DNA of 64,000 nt from positions 24,929 to 88,928 of IMG/VR virus record IMGVR_UViG_3300005663_001084. One strand, written 5' to 3'. This stretch comes from a virus. A program made the translations under genes and the position numbers. Below, one piece after another: positions 9,076 to 18,108 of this stretch. Positions within the stretch are counted from its first letter, which is position 1; the number at the start of each line of letters is the position of its first letter. A model generated the notes under the pieces. That model made no database searches. It had not been told where the DNA came from and saw only the letters and a list, made by a program, of their open reading frames with translations.

Positions 9076-9558
9076 TCACGCAATGGCAGGAAGCGTGACA
9101 GCGCGGAGCATCTCCAGGAGTTTGGGCCAATACTCCTCAACTGGAGATCCATCTTCGATGTACCGCATGCAGTACACGAAATCCTCTTCGGAGCGTTTGG
9201 CATGCAACTCGACCCAACCCTTCGACTCCCAGTACTTTAGAACCTCAATACGCTGCAAATACACCAACTCTGTGTGCAGCGCTTCCAACCGGCTTTGAGT
9301 GAAGTGGTGGCTATCCACAGTACTCAGCAGGCAGTTCCGGTCAACGACTTCCAGAATGGTCTCCAGGCTGAGCGTACCGACCAGGGCAGGTAGCTTCTTC
9401 AGCTTGTTCATAATCTCCAAGACCTGCTCATCGCGTACCGAGAAATCCCAGTCTTCCAGGATTCCCTGCACTGCGGTTCCCAGACTAGCTGCGGCCGTAA
9501 GCCGGTAGGCCTCCTCACAACGGGGCATCAGAATCCTGTCGTCATCTGGTCTGCTCAT
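9076..9558 (-). CDS. hypothetical protein; paralog of 2131..2622
   Basis: The ATG sits 6 nt after the GATAAT of a class-1 promoter. Shares the YWPKLLEML block with its paralog. Confidence 0.6.
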   Translation of the reverse strand: MSRPDDDRILMPRCEEAYRLTAAASLGTAVQGILEDWDFSVRDEQVLEIMNKLKKLPALVGTLSLETILEVVDRNCLLSTVDSHHFTQSRLEALHTELVYLQRIEVLKYWESKGWVELHAKRSEEDFVYCMRYIEDGSPVEEYWPKLLEMLRAVTLPAIA

Positions 9559-9605
9559 AACAGTATTATCGGATCGGGGCGGCTATTTAGCCAAGGAAAA
9601 TTATC
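9559..9605 (-). promoter_or_regulatory. class-1 conserved leaderless promoter
   Basis: The reverse complement reads aattttccTTGGCTAAATAGCCgcCCcGATCCGATAATactgttATG. Confidence 0.65.
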
Positions 9606-11514
9606 CGGCAGCGTTTAACCGCTCAACCGCCTTGGAGAACGCAAGAACACGTAAGTAGGTAGTGTCTCTCACTTTTCCTGAAATCGCCTCGATGATCTTT
9701 TTTGCAGTACACTCGGCGATCCTGGCCCCTCTGGACAGTTCCTTCACAGAGTATCCCGCACACAGCGAGCGCATCACATGCGTGTCGACGAACACGGGAA
9801 GGTCCTCCCAGTGCCGGAGGCATACCTGCATCAGCATCCGCTTAAACAAATCCTTTTCCACACTGACCTGGGCACGCGCTATGCCGGAGACAAGCGCGCT
9901 GCCCTTCCGAGCCCTAGGTTGCCGTGGGCGATTTACCTTCGGACGCTTGACCACGCGAGTCCTCGCCTCTTTCAAGGCCTCGGCCGCTTGCGTGATCTGA
10001 TCAGCCCAGTGCTGCCGAACCCGACGGCCGGGCTTGTCCAAGTCGTAGAGGTACTCGTAAATGGTGTACCGTTTCATCCCGGTCACTTCCGCTACAACGC
10101 TGGCGGCCATCCCTCGAATCAGTGGCGCAATCTCCGAGAGCAGCACCGACCGTATAGGATTACAACGCAGTTGTACTTCCCGAGCCACCTTCGCTGCACA
10201 AGCACCCACGCAGTACCGGGACCGCCAGTTGAGCGGGAGGTCCGCCTTGCAGACGCAACACGCACGATAAGCCAGGGGCAGGTCTGGGCGAACGGTACCA
10301 AAAGCTGCCTGACTCACACGAACAATTCCCACGCTGACCTCGGCCACAACCTTTTGCTGCGTCTGCCCGGCGGCGTAGCGTTCGCGGATATCGCGGATGA
10401 GATCGTCATCGTCGAACCAATCCGGCTTTGGCTCTCGCAGCAACGCCTGTAACCGATACCGCTCCTTCTGCTTGGCTTCTACGAATTTCTCCAAACATTT
10501 CGTAGAACAATAAACCCAGCGACTGGGCGGCAAAGGAGACTTCCCACACTGCTTACATACGGTGCCAACCTGACTTTCCTTCCGCTCCTTCTTTAGCTCC
10601 CTCGACCGCCGAACCCCAGCGACCGCGCGCACCTGGGCGTGTCCCGCCGCGACACACTCACCCGTACAGTACTTGATGTACTTTCTTGGTCTTCCGAATC
10701 GGACGTAGAAGCGGTTGCATTTCGCACACCGTGGAGCGACCCGACCGCGACGCGTTCGCTGCTTCTTGCTTGGTGTAACCGGTTTATTGCCTATGAGGAA
10801 GTTTGCCGCATCTGCCTGCATTCCGTCGTAAGCGACGTCCAGCGCGGCTTTGCGAAGACGCACGCGCATAGCCTTCTGCCCACAGCCCCTACGCTGCGTC
10901 GAGCTTGGGCAGAACAGGGGCAGCTTGCCACCCTTCGGCGGTCGGCGAGCTTTGAATGTTTTTTCACAGTGCGCACAGACGATACTGATTGCACGAAGCG
11001 GGATCAGGGGAAGGTGCTTGTACGTCTTTCCAACCGCGACAGCGTATACCGATGCCGAGCAGACATCGAACTCCTCGGCCAGGGAATAGGATGTCTGACC
11101 ATCCGCCCAACGATCCCGGACTTCCATTACCTCGGCGTCGCTAAACAGTCCTCTACTGCCCCGACGACTCCGCCCTCTCGGGATAGTCCTTGCCCGGACG
11201 TCGTTTTCTATGGCACGCGCCTTACGGATTGCATACTTGGACGCGGCCTCACCGATCTGAGGGTACAGCGCCCGGTAGCTCCGCTTCTTAACGACGTCTT
11301 TGCAGGCGTCGTCACAGTACTGCTGATTGTAATTCTCGGCGTAAAAAGGCCCCTCGCAGGCGTTACACTCTCGGGCAGTGTCCCAGGCCCAGGTCTTACC
11401 CCGCAAAATATTACCGACGCAGGACTTATCTACGCTGTACGTCTTCGCAATACGTGCCCGGCTCCACCCCTGCCGGGCGCGCTTCCGAATCAGATCCGCC
11501 CGGCGGCGAGTCAT
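9601..11514 (-). CDS. multi-domain DNA-binding protein with four to five tandem HTH plus zinc-ribbon modules
   Basis: Repeated HTH-like segments: RARQGWSRARIAKTYSV, RDRWADGQTSYSLAEEF, RERYAAGQTQQKVVAEV. Each is followed by Cxx C...YC(S/T)xxC zinc ribbons. The start is taken at the internal Met MTRRRADL. Confidence 0.6.
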   Translation of the reverse strand: MTRRRADLIRKRARQGWSRARIAKTYSVDKSCVGNILRGKTWAWDTARECNACEGPFYAENYNQQYCDDACKDVVKKRSYRALYPQIGEAASKYAIRKARAIENDVRARTIPRGRSRRGSRGLFSDAEVMEVRDRWADGQTSYSLAEEFDVCSASVYAVAVGKTYKHLPLIPLRAISIVCAHCEKTFKARRPPKGGKLPLFCPSSTQRRGCGQKAMRVRLRKAALDVAYDGMQADAANFLIGNKPVTPSKKQRTRRGRVAPRCAKCNRFYVRFGRPRKYIKYCTGECVAAGHAQVRAVAGVRRSRELKKERKESQVGTVCKQCGKSPLPPSRWVYCSTKCLEKFVEAKQKERYRLQALLREPKPDWFDDDDLIRDIRERYAAGQTQQKVVAEVSVGIVRVSQAAFGTVRPDLPLAYRACCVCKADLPLNWRSRYCVGACAAKVAREVQLRCNPIRSVLLSEIAPLIRGMAASVVAEVTGMKRYTIYEYLYDLDKPGRRVRQHWADQITQAAEALKEARTRVVKRPKVNRPRQPRARKGSALVSGIARAQVSVEKDLFKRMLMQVCLRHWEDLPVFVDTHVMRSLCAGYSVKELSRGARIAECTAKKIIEAISGKVRDTTYLRVLAFSKAVERLNAAG

Positions 11515-12152
11515 CTTTTGCGTTTTTTGCTTGCCTTGGTGCGCAATAGCTGTTGGATCTTCTTGATCACGGTGCCCCGAGTGACGCGGTACCGCGTTCC
11601 GGTCGACATAATGGCCCATACGACGCCCTTGTCATCCAGTTCCGCGTCCGCGACGAACGGGACGGTCTTGCGGGTCCGGTTGAGCGGCAGCTTCGGCCTA
11701 GTGAACCCGAGCGCATCCGACAGAGGACGCGGGTCGGCGATCTCCAGGGCTTTGTCGATGGCCTTGTCGATCTTGACCCGGGTGATGCCGCCCTGGTTCT
11801 GCTTGACCCGCAGCATGTTCAGGTAGCTCGCACCGATCCCGCGCATCATGGCCACCTTGAGCGACTTGTCGGGCAGGTTCCCCCGGCCGACTTCGAGCAT
11901 CACCTTGAGGTGCTCCAGGCTGCGGAACAGGACGCCGTGCTCGACGAGGCAGCGGTCCGTGAACTTGACGAACTCCTCGGGGGGCAGCTTATCAGACACT
12001 TCGACCATGATGTACGAGACCTCCAGAAGGAAGTCGGACTCGGCCTCCCCGTACTGGTCGATGATGCGCATCGCGGCGGCTGCGGACTTGACTGCGCGGA
12101 TCTCCTTCATCGTGGTGTAGGACAGCTTGCGGCGCGTTTTAACTTTGGGCAC
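11511..12152 (-). CDS. hypothetical protein
   Basis: ORF; basic C-terminal tail KKRKR. Confidence 0.5.
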   Translation of the reverse strand: MPKVKTRRKLSYTTMKEIRAVKSAAAAMRIIDQYGEAESDFLLEVSYIMVEVSDKLPPEEFVKFTDRCLVEHGVLFRSLEHLKVMLEVGRGNLPDKSLKVAMMRGIGASYLNMLRVKQNQGGITRVKIDKAIDKALEIADPRPLSDALGFTRPKLPLNRTRKTVPFVADAELDDKGVVWAIMSTGTRYRVTRGTVIKKIQQLLRTKASKKRKR

Positions 12153-12585
12153 GGTGCTTCTCCTTGTGTGGAGGTAACATTTTGTACGTAGATTCCATCA
12201 GGTCCACCTCGACCAGCTTCGCCAGTTCGTCCGGTAGGGCCATGATGCTCGTGATGATGTCAAAGTGGTCGGTGACGCCTTCTGCGGTGATGCCATCAGA
12301 CATGCCGTCCGCGATCCAGTCCATCAGGATCAGGAAGTCCGTCAGATCGTAGGCAAACCCACTGTCTGCGTGTCGACGCTCCCAATAGCGATCCAGGTAC
12401 TTCTCGGCGCGGACAACTGCCCCAGCATCGCACAGGGAGGGGTACGCATCGCAGTGCTGAACGGTCATCTGCTCGACGGTGGCCGTCAGCCACTGCTTGA
12501 TCTCGTAGCCAGTGCAGATATCAGCGATCTGGGGTACTTCGGCGTCCATACCTGTATCATCGGGGTGGCCGGAATCGAAGCTCAT
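12139..12585 (-). CDS. hypothetical acidic protein
   Basis: ORF directly downstream of a class-1 promoter. Confidence 0.5.
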   Translation of the reverse strand: MSFDSGHPDDTGMDAEVPQIADICTGYEIKQWLTATVEQMTVQHCDAYPSLCDAGAVVRAEKYLDRYWERRHADSGFAYDLTDFLILMDWIADGMSDGITAEGVTDHFDIITSIMALPDELAKLVEVDLMESTYKMLPPHKEKHRAQS

Positions 12586-12640
12586 AATAGTACTATCGGA
12601 TTCGGACAGCTATTTGGTCAGGTAATTTTGTGGGTCAAGC
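12586..12640 (-). promoter_or_regulatory. class-1 conserved leaderless promoter
   Basis: The reverse complement reads cacaaaattacCTGACCAAATAGCtgTCCgaATCCGATAGTactattATG. Confidence 0.65.
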
Positions 12641-13144
12641 CATCGCCTCCACGCAGTTGTACCACCGGCAGGAGCCCTGAGCAATGCCCGACAGCGGCAG
12701 TCCACACCCAGGGCAGGGCCTCAACGCGGGCCGGTCCAGTTGGAACTCAGACTCCAGGCCGCTCGCCTCGTAGATGCTGCCAGTCAGCAGGTACGGCGGC
12801 ACCCAGCCCGTACCCCGGCGACCCTCCTCGAAGCCCTTCATCTCGCAGTCGGAAGGGATCTCCTCGTGAAGAACCGTGAGCCGGTGGGCCGTCACGGGGC
12901 ACCAATCGTGGATCTTGGCGGCCAGCCGCGCGAACCATTCGATGGGCTGTGTTTCCTCCAGGTCCTCGGGCTCGATTACGTCCTCCAGGATCATCGTGTC
13001 GGCCAGAGCCTGCGGGGTGGAACCGATGTCGTCCAGCGTGAAGTAGCGGACCTTGGTAGGGAAATGACTGTGCCATATCCACTTGCCGAGATTGAATAGC
13101 TCGCTGTTGTCGATATTGAGAAGGTAGCAGATGTTGGCCCTCAC
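12635..13144 (-). CDS. hypothetical protein
   Basis: ORF with a C-terminal CPGC...CRWYNC cysteine cluster. Confidence 0.5.
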   Translation of the reverse strand: MRANICYLLNIDNSELFNLGKWIWHSHFPTKVRYFTLDDIGSTPQALADTMILEDVIEPEDLEETQPIEWFARLAAKIHDWCPVTAHRLTVLHEEIPSDCEMKGFEEGRRGTGWVPPYLLTGSIYEASGLESEFQLDRPALRPCPGCGLPLSGIAQGSCRWYNCVEAMA

Positions 13145-13217
13145 GCCTTCTCCAGACTACCCGTTTTCGTCACAGAGCCAGCAGGAGCGGCAAGTTGAAT
13201 AGTCATCCCGATTCCGT

Positions 13218-13544
13218 TCAGTGGACGAGGGATATGGACTGGAGTAATTCAGCGGTTTCGTGGATGTCCTTGTTGCGGGTGACGATATGATGTGCGGAAG
13301 CGTGCGCGGTCTGCTGACGGGCGAGGGGGAGTTCTCGGTAGACGTGAACGACGTATCCATTACTTCCCTTCTTCAGACCCCGGTGGGCCAACGTCGTGAC
13401 GATGCCATTGTGAAAAGTCAGAAAGAAGCAGTTTTCCGCGCGGGGTCCATTGTGGGGGAGGGTAGTCTCTGCCACGGCTGCACGGGTCTTCTGTACGTCG
13501 TCAAGTTCAGACCACCTCTTCCAGTCTTTCGTCGGGCGCTTCAT
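13218..13544 (-). CDS. hypothetical protein
   Basis: ORF; a GAGGAC-type ribosome-binding site lies upstream. Confidence 0.45.
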   Translation of the reverse strand: MKRPTKDWKRWSELDDVQKTRAAVAETTLPHNGPRAENCFFLTFHNGIVTTLAHRGLKKGSNGYVVHVYRELPLARQQTAHASAHHIVTRNKDIHETAELLQSISLVH

Positions 13545-13592
13545 GTCGGGTCCTCGTCTGACGTCTCCTAAATCATAAAGAGGTAGCAGATG

Positions 13593-13700
13593 TTACCCAT
13601 CAGCCTTCATCTGGTCCTTGGCTTTCTTGCGTTCCTTACGACGCGCCTGCCTGCGGCGCTTCTGAGACGCACTCGCATGTCTGATCTTTGTCCTGGCCAT
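13593..13700 (-). CDS. possible small basic peptide (35 aa)
   Basis: MARTKIRHASASQKRRRQARRKERKKAKDQMKADG, with a strong GGAGAGG ribosome-binding site 4 nt upstream. Absent from the ORF track because it is shorter than 60 aa. Confidence 0.3.
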   Translation of the reverse strand: MARTKIRHASASQKRRRQARRKERKKAKDQMKADG

Positions 13701-13774
13701 TTATCCTCTCCAATGTTCGGCCGCGAAGAGCCGGGCAAGACCAACGAGTATCCAAACCCACCAGTACTTGTCGC

Positions 13775-14113
13775 TCACGTCGGCCTCTTCAGCAGGCCCG
13801 GCTCCATGCGATTGTACCCGGAGTGCGGGTAGGCGCAGATGCGGCAGCTTAGCTGCGGAATGACCGACGTATGGCCGCAGTTGGGACAGTCAAAGAACCG
13901 GTTCAAGTCGGCCTCCGCCGCCTTTCTCACGGTTTCTTCGTAGCGCGCCTCCATCAGGTCCTGCGCAGCCTCAAACGCTTCCATTGCCTCAAGAATCTGG
14001 CGATACTCCGCATCGCTGAACTCACACAAGGTTCCGTGGGACTCGTCTTCCTCATCCTCGATCACCGAGAAATGCGGGTAGTGCTCGTCGCAGTCGATTG
14101 AGATCTTGGGCAT
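13775..14113 (-). CDS. zinc-ribbon protein
   Basis: Internal start MPKISIDCDEHYP. Cysteines CPNCGH...CRIC. Confidence 0.45.
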   Translation of the reverse strand: MPKISIDCDEHYPHFSVIEDEEDESHGTLCEFSDAEYRQILEAMEAFEAAQDLMEARYEETVRKAAEADLNRFFDCPNCGHTSVIPQLSCRICAYPHSGYNRMEPGLLKRPT

Positions 14114-14145
14114 GGGACGCGCTCCTCTCCTACCCTGTGGCATCT

Positions 14146-14364
14146 TCAGGCCACGTGGCCTGTCGGTTTCTTGATGGACTCCTCCAGGACGGCCTTCACC
14201 TCGATGCGCCAGCGCCCGTGCCAACCGCACTTGTCACAATCCAGAGTCAGATCCTCGTCGCGACCCATGTGCCCGCAGTCTACGCTGAACTTCGAGCCGC
14301 AGCCCGGACAGGTGGCCCTCACGTGCATGTGGCTAATTTCGCAGTAGTCGATCTTGACGTCCAT
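14146..14364 (-). CDS. zinc-ribbon protein (72 aa)
   Basis: CPGCGSK...CDKCGWHG. Its ATG abuts a class-1 promoter. Confidence 0.5.
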   Translation of the reverse strand: MDVKIDYCEISHMHVRATCPGCGSKFSVDCGHMGRDEDLTLDCDKCGWHGRWRIEVKAVLEESIKKPTGHVA

Positions 14365-14418
14365 AACAGTGTTATCGGATCGGGACGGCTATTTGGTCAG
14401 ATAATTTTGCGGGTCAGA
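14365..14418 (-). promoter_or_regulatory. class-1 conserved leaderless promoter
   Basis: The reverse complement reads cgcaaaattatCTGACCAAATAGCCgTCCcgATCCGATAACactgttATG. Confidence 0.65.
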
Positions 14419-14437
14419 GGAGGGAGAGAAATTTCGC

Positions 14438-14773
14438 TTAGTTGCCCCTCGTACGCGGCTGCCGCGTCTCGGGGTCCATCTCGTACGTCATCACTTCGTT
14501 GCAGAAAGTAATCGTCCCGCCGCCAGACAGTTTGCCGTCCCACACCTTGCCCCACGTCTCGTCTTCCCGCGAGCCAGTGATTGTGACACGGAACCCTACG
14601 TGTTCGCCTTCAGCGAGAACCCATGATGCCCCCGTCCAGTCTACACCTTCCGCCGGTTCCGCAACCCGCTGTCCCAGCGGATAACACAGCACCGTCTTGT
14701 TGCTAGGCATGGGAGTCTCGTCTTCAGGAGCCTCAGTGAGGAGGTGTCGGAGAGCTTTGCGGGTCTGATCCAT
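14438..14773 (-). CDS. L-family protein 5 (111 aa)
   Basis: Internal start MDQTRKALRHLLTEAPE of ORF 14438..15253. Confidence 0.65.
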   Translation of the reverse strand: MDQTRKALRHLLTEAPEDETPMPSNKTVLCYPLGQRVAEPAEGVDWTGASWVLAEGEHVGFRVTITGSREDETWGKVWDGKLSGGGTITFCNEVMTYEMDPETRQPRTRGN

Positions 14774-14836
14774 GGGCAGCAGTATACCTGGATATTCGAG
14801 GATTGCGAAATTGAAACGGGCAAAAATTTTGTGTGG
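14774..14836 (-). promoter_or_regulatory. class-2 upstream motif with a TATACT leaderless -10
   Basis: The reverse complement reads CACACAAAATTTTTGCCCGTTTCAATTTCGCAatcctcgaatatccaggTATACTgctgcccATG. Confidence 0.55.
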
Positions 14837-14837
14837 C

Positions 14838-15362
14838 TCAGGTCTGTAGGTCCAGGCGCAGGAAGATGGCTTCGTAATTCTCCCGGGACTCGCGATGCGT
14901 CTCCACAAAGCCAAAACGCTCGTACAAGTGGTGGGCCGCCCGCTCGTCGTCGAGATCAGACGTAAACAGCTTGAGGCACTCGTAGCCCTCATCCTTGGCC
15001 CGCTGAATCGTGAAGCGCAGCAAATCGGTCCCCAGGCCCTGCTTCCGGTGGTCGGGATGAACGCAGAACCAACCGACCCAGATCGCCTCGGGCGTAGGAA
15101 TCTCGTTGTAGAAGCCAGTAACCCCAGTGACCACACCGTTTTCAATAGCAACCCAGTAGCGAATGTCGGAGCACTCGTGGGCTTCCATGAAATCGGTGTG
15201 GGACCCAGGACGGGTGGCCTCCTCAAAGCAGCGCTTGATGGATTCCTGGTCATCGTCCTTGAACACCTGCTGCGTCAACAGCATGGCCTGATCGGCGAAC
15301 TCAGCGGTGAGCGGCAAGGGCTTCACAACAGTATTATTGGATCGGAAGGCCTGTTTACCCAA
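14838..15362 (-). CDS. GNAT family N-acetyltransferase
   Basis: Motif VHPDHRKQGLGTDLL (GNAT motif A) and C-terminal YERFGF. A GTG start near 15326, 6 nt after the promoter GATAAT-like -10, is equally likely. Confidence 0.7.
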   Translation of the reverse strand: MGKQAFRSNNTVVKPLPLTAEFADQAMLLTQQVFKDDDQESIKRCFEEATRPGSHTDFMEAHECSDIRYWVAIENGVVTGVTGFYNEIPTPEAIWVGWFCVHPDHRKQGLGTDLLRFTIQRAKDEGYECLKLFTSDLDDERAAHHLYERFGFVETHRESRENYEAIFLRLDLQT

Positions 15363-15375
15363 GGAAATCCGACTC
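15327..15375 (-). promoter_or_regulatory. class-1 leaderless promoter variant
   Basis: The reverse complement reads atttccTTGGGTAAAcAGgCCtTCCgATCCaATAATactgttGTG. Confidence 0.5.
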
Positions 15376-15867
15376 GGGAAACCTCTTCGCGCGTCGCATG
15401 AGAGCCTCAGGCGTCATCCGGGGGTGCATCAGGTCGGTGACATCGACCTTGATGGCCTCCCGCTGATCCCAGACGTCGAGGTAGACCGTGTCGCCCAGCG
15501 TCAGGCCGGGCAGCAGGACGCGCAGGCGATTCAGAACCTCGGAGTCGAGCGTGGGCACCGTAATCCCGTCGTCGTAGCCGCGAATCCAGCCGTGTTCTAG
15601 CGCTTCGGCCTCAACCCGTTGGCGGTCGTGGGGATCGTCGGAAACCGTGCTCACCTCGTCCAGCAACTCCTCGATGCCCGGGTCGCCAGGGTACATCTCA
15701 GGAAAGCGCCTCAAGGCCTCAGCGGCGTGCGTCGTCCAGCCACTCCCAGTCCAGCCACTCCCAATGTTGATGTACTCGCCGTCGGGCAGGAGCCACCAGC
15801 GGCCCAGCCATGTGGACTCGCGGGCCTCGGTGAGGATGGAACGGATGGCGTGACGGGTGGAATCCAT
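15355..15867 (-). CDS. L-family protein 6; WxLPDG-domain paralog of protein 7
   Basis: N-terminus MDSTRHAIRSILTEAR. Motifs WWLLPDGEYINIGSGW and HGWIRGYDDG. Confidence 0.7.
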   Translation of the reverse strand: MDSTRHAIRSILTEARESTWLGRWWLLPDGEYINIGSGWTGSGWTTHAAEALRRFPEMYPGDPGIEELLDEVSTVSDDPHDRQRVEAEALEHGWIRGYDDGITVPTLDSEVLNRLRVLLPGLTLGDTVYLDVWDQREAIKVDVTDLMHPRMTPEALMRRAKRFPESDFLG

Positions 15868-16391
15868 TAGGCCTGCCGCGTGACTTGGGCAGGATGCTTT
15901 GCCAGCAGAACCGTCTCCACATCGGCGTACATGTACCCACTGCCATATTCGAGCAGGATTTTGCCCTTCGTGGCACCCCGGTCGAGCAGGAACGTCTGTA
16001 TACGCCTCAGCGACTCAGCATCGAACTCCAGCATGTCGAAGCCGCCGGTATCGGTTACACGAATCCAGCCATCCCGGATCGCCACCTGCTCAGGGTTGTT
16101 CATGTAGCGCGCGACGAAGTCAGGCTTCTTGGCGTACTCCCGAGCAATATCGGCGTGGACGTCGTACCAGGGGCCGTCGAAGGTCTCGTCCATGATGTCC
16201 TGCTCAGAGGCCGACAGGAACCCCCAGTCGATCTCAGCAGCGACGGCCAGAGCAGCCGCCTCGTGATTCCAGCCACTGTCTTCAACAGTCACAACCTCGC
16301 CATCAGGCAGAATCCAGTAATCAGCACGGAGCACGTCGGCAGCATCGGACTCAGTGAGCAGCTTTCGGATGGCGTGACGGGTCTGATCCAT
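15867..16391 (-). CDS. L-family protein 7; WxLPDG-domain paralog of protein 6
   Basis: N-terminus MDQTRHAIRKLLTESD. Motifs YWILPDGEVVTVEDSGW and DGWIRVTDTGG. Confidence 0.7.
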   Translation of the reverse strand: MDQTRHAIRKLLTESDAADVLRADYWILPDGEVVTVEDSGWNHEAAALAVAAEIDWGFLSASEQDIMDETFDGPWYDVHADIAREYAKKPDFVARYMNNPEQVAIRDGWIRVTDTGGFDMLEFDAESLRRIQTFLLDRGATKGKILLEYGSGYMYADVETVLLAKHPAQVTRQA

Positions 16392-16460
16392 GGCGAAAAC
16401 ATCATATCAGGGAATCCGGGGATCTCGAAATTGAAACGGCCCAAAATTTTGTGTGTTCGG
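16392..16460 (-). promoter_or_regulatory. class-2 upstream motif
   Basis: The reverse complement reads CGAACACACAAAATTTTGGGCCGTTTCAATTTCGAGatccccggattccctGATATGatgttttcgccATG. Confidence 0.5.
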
Positions 16461-16461
16461 A

Positions 16462-16992
16462 TCAGGCCTCATCCCGTTGGATAGCCTCGTCAAGCGCCTT
16501 TACCCAGCCCGACCACTTGTTGTGCCTGCGCTGCGTTGTTTCGAGAGACGTCTCGGCACGCCGGATCTGTCTGGTGTCGGCCTCCTTACGGGCCTTGTTA
16601 AGCCACTCTTGAGCGTTGCGAAGGCGGGTCTCAGTCTGCACCTGATATTTGTAGCAGTAGCCGCGCAGGCTCGCCAGAGGGGAGGTGTGCAGTTCCATAC
16701 CGCAGTGCGGACAGAAGCGGGTGTCTCGGTTTTGTCCGCAACAGAAACGACGTCCGGCCATGGGGAGAGGACCGATCATACCACGTGCCCAGGTACTGAT
16801 CTCGGCCTCCGTCGCCGAACCGCAGCGGGGGCGCGCGAGCAAGCGAACAGACAAGGCCTCGCGCGGGTGCTCGCCGTCAAGCAGGTCGCGGCCGACTTTT
16901 ATGTCAGATGAGGATAAGACATTCTTCGCCCCGGTAGTCAGGTCGTCGAAGCCCGGCAAGTCTCGCACAGGTGTGTCCAGCGGGACGTCCAT
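16462..16992 (-). CDS. zinc-ribbon protein (176 aa)
   Basis: Internal start MDVPLDTPV lies exactly 6 nt after the GATAAT of a class-1 promoter. Cysteines CPHCGMEL and CCGQNRDTRFC. Confidence 0.55.
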   Translation of the reverse strand: MDVPLDTPVRDLPGFDDLTTGAKNVLSSSDIKVGRDLLDGEHPREALSVRLLARPRCGSATEAEISTWARGMIGPLPMAGRRFCCGQNRDTRFCPHCGMELHTSPLASLRGYCYKYQVQTETRLRNAQEWLNKARKEADTRQIRRAETSLETTQRRHNKWSGWVKALDEAIQRDEA

Positions 16993-17040
16993 AACAGTAT
17001 TATCGGCCTGCGAGGGCAATTTGGGCAGGTGAAAATCAGG
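16993..17040 (-). promoter_or_regulatory. class-1 leaderless promoter variant
   Basis: The reverse complement reads gattttcaCCTGCCCAAATtGCCcTCgcaggCCGATAATactgttATG. Confidence 0.55.
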
Positions 17041-17761
17041 AAACCAGGATCTTAATGCCCAGCCCGGCCTCCAGCTTCTCAACGGTAGAGCGACGAACAG
17101 CCTTCTTGCTCTGATAGAATATGTGATAGATCGTGTCTTCCGGCACGCCACAAGTCCGCGCAGTCTCGGCCAGATTTCGATCACGCAGAACTTCTCGGAC
17201 GACCTCAACTGGAACGTTGCGGCCTGCATCCGGACGTGGCATGTCCTCGGAGGCGTGACGTTTTCCATGACAGTCGGAGCAGAGCCAAAGCACATCCAGG
17301 CGACGGCTGTAGTCCTCGTGGTGAGCCTCCAGCCGCCCATCGGCACCACACTCCGAACAGCAGTCCGGTTTGACCATACGGCCACGCAGAACAGCGCTCT
17401 CAACCGCACTGCGCGCCAGATAGCGGTCACGGTGCTTGGCATACGAACGGTTCCTGTACTCGCGTTGCTGCTTGTTGATGTGCTCTCGATTATTCGTGGC
17501 GTAGGCCTTCGCAGAAGAATTACGACAGTCCCGGCACTGATTCGCGAGACCGTCGGCCTTCTTTCGATTTCGATGGTGGGCAGAGATGGGTTGGGTCTGG
17601 CGGCACTTCGAGCAACGCTTTACAGCCACGTCCTTACAGTGCGGACACAAAGTCAGGCCCTCGTCTATCGCATCAGCGAGACGTATGATCCTTGGCTCAG
17701 CCATGCAGCTTGCGATCACGTGGTAGTGCTCGTCTTGGCCAGCGAAGTAGGAAATAAGCAT
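17036..17761 (-). CDS. HNH endonuclease with N-terminal Cys-rich region and C-terminal HTH
   Basis: HNH signature CSECGADGRLEAHHEDYSRRLDVLWLCSDCHGKRH. C-terminal segment TARTCGVPEDTIYHIF. Confidence 0.65.
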   Translation of the reverse strand: MLISYFAGQDEHYHVIASCMAEPRIIRLADAIDEGLTLCPHCKDVAVKRCSKCRQTQPISAHHRNRKKADGLANQCRDCRNSSAKAYATNNREHINKQQREYRNRSYAKHRDRYLARSAVESAVLRGRMVKPDCCSECGADGRLEAHHEDYSRRLDVLWLCSDCHGKRHASEDMPRPDAGRNVPVEVVREVLRDRNLAETARTCGVPEDTIYHIFYQSKKAVRRSTVEKLEAGLGIKILVS

Positions 17762-18060
17762 AATGTATCCTCAAAACGTATCTTCTCCAACGTACCAGGA
17801 AATTAGGCGATTTCAAAGAGTAAAGGTGAAAAATTTCTGTGTGTTCGCCTGGGCCACCCCCACCCACCCCCTTTCTATCCCACAGGGGACCCCTGATATC
17901 CAAGGGATAGAAAGGACCCCCCTCCCAGGGGCCGGTGTACCGGCCTGGGGCGTCACTGGGCTGCCCACCGGCCCGCAGAGCGGGCTTGTGGGTCACAGGT
18001 GGCTGGGAGTGAGCGACAACAGGTGTTGAGGTGCACAGGTGAGCGGCAACGATGTTCCAC

Positions 18061-18108
18061 GGGGAACAAAGCGGCCCCTGATTGCGAGACATGGCAATCA
18101 GGGGCCGC
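18061..18108 (-). terminator. possible intrinsic terminator hairpin
   Basis: Perfect 15-bp stem GCGGCCCCTGATTGC, 8-nt loop, then GCAATCAGGGGCCGC. A TTTGTT tract follows on the minus strand. Confidence 0.45.
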
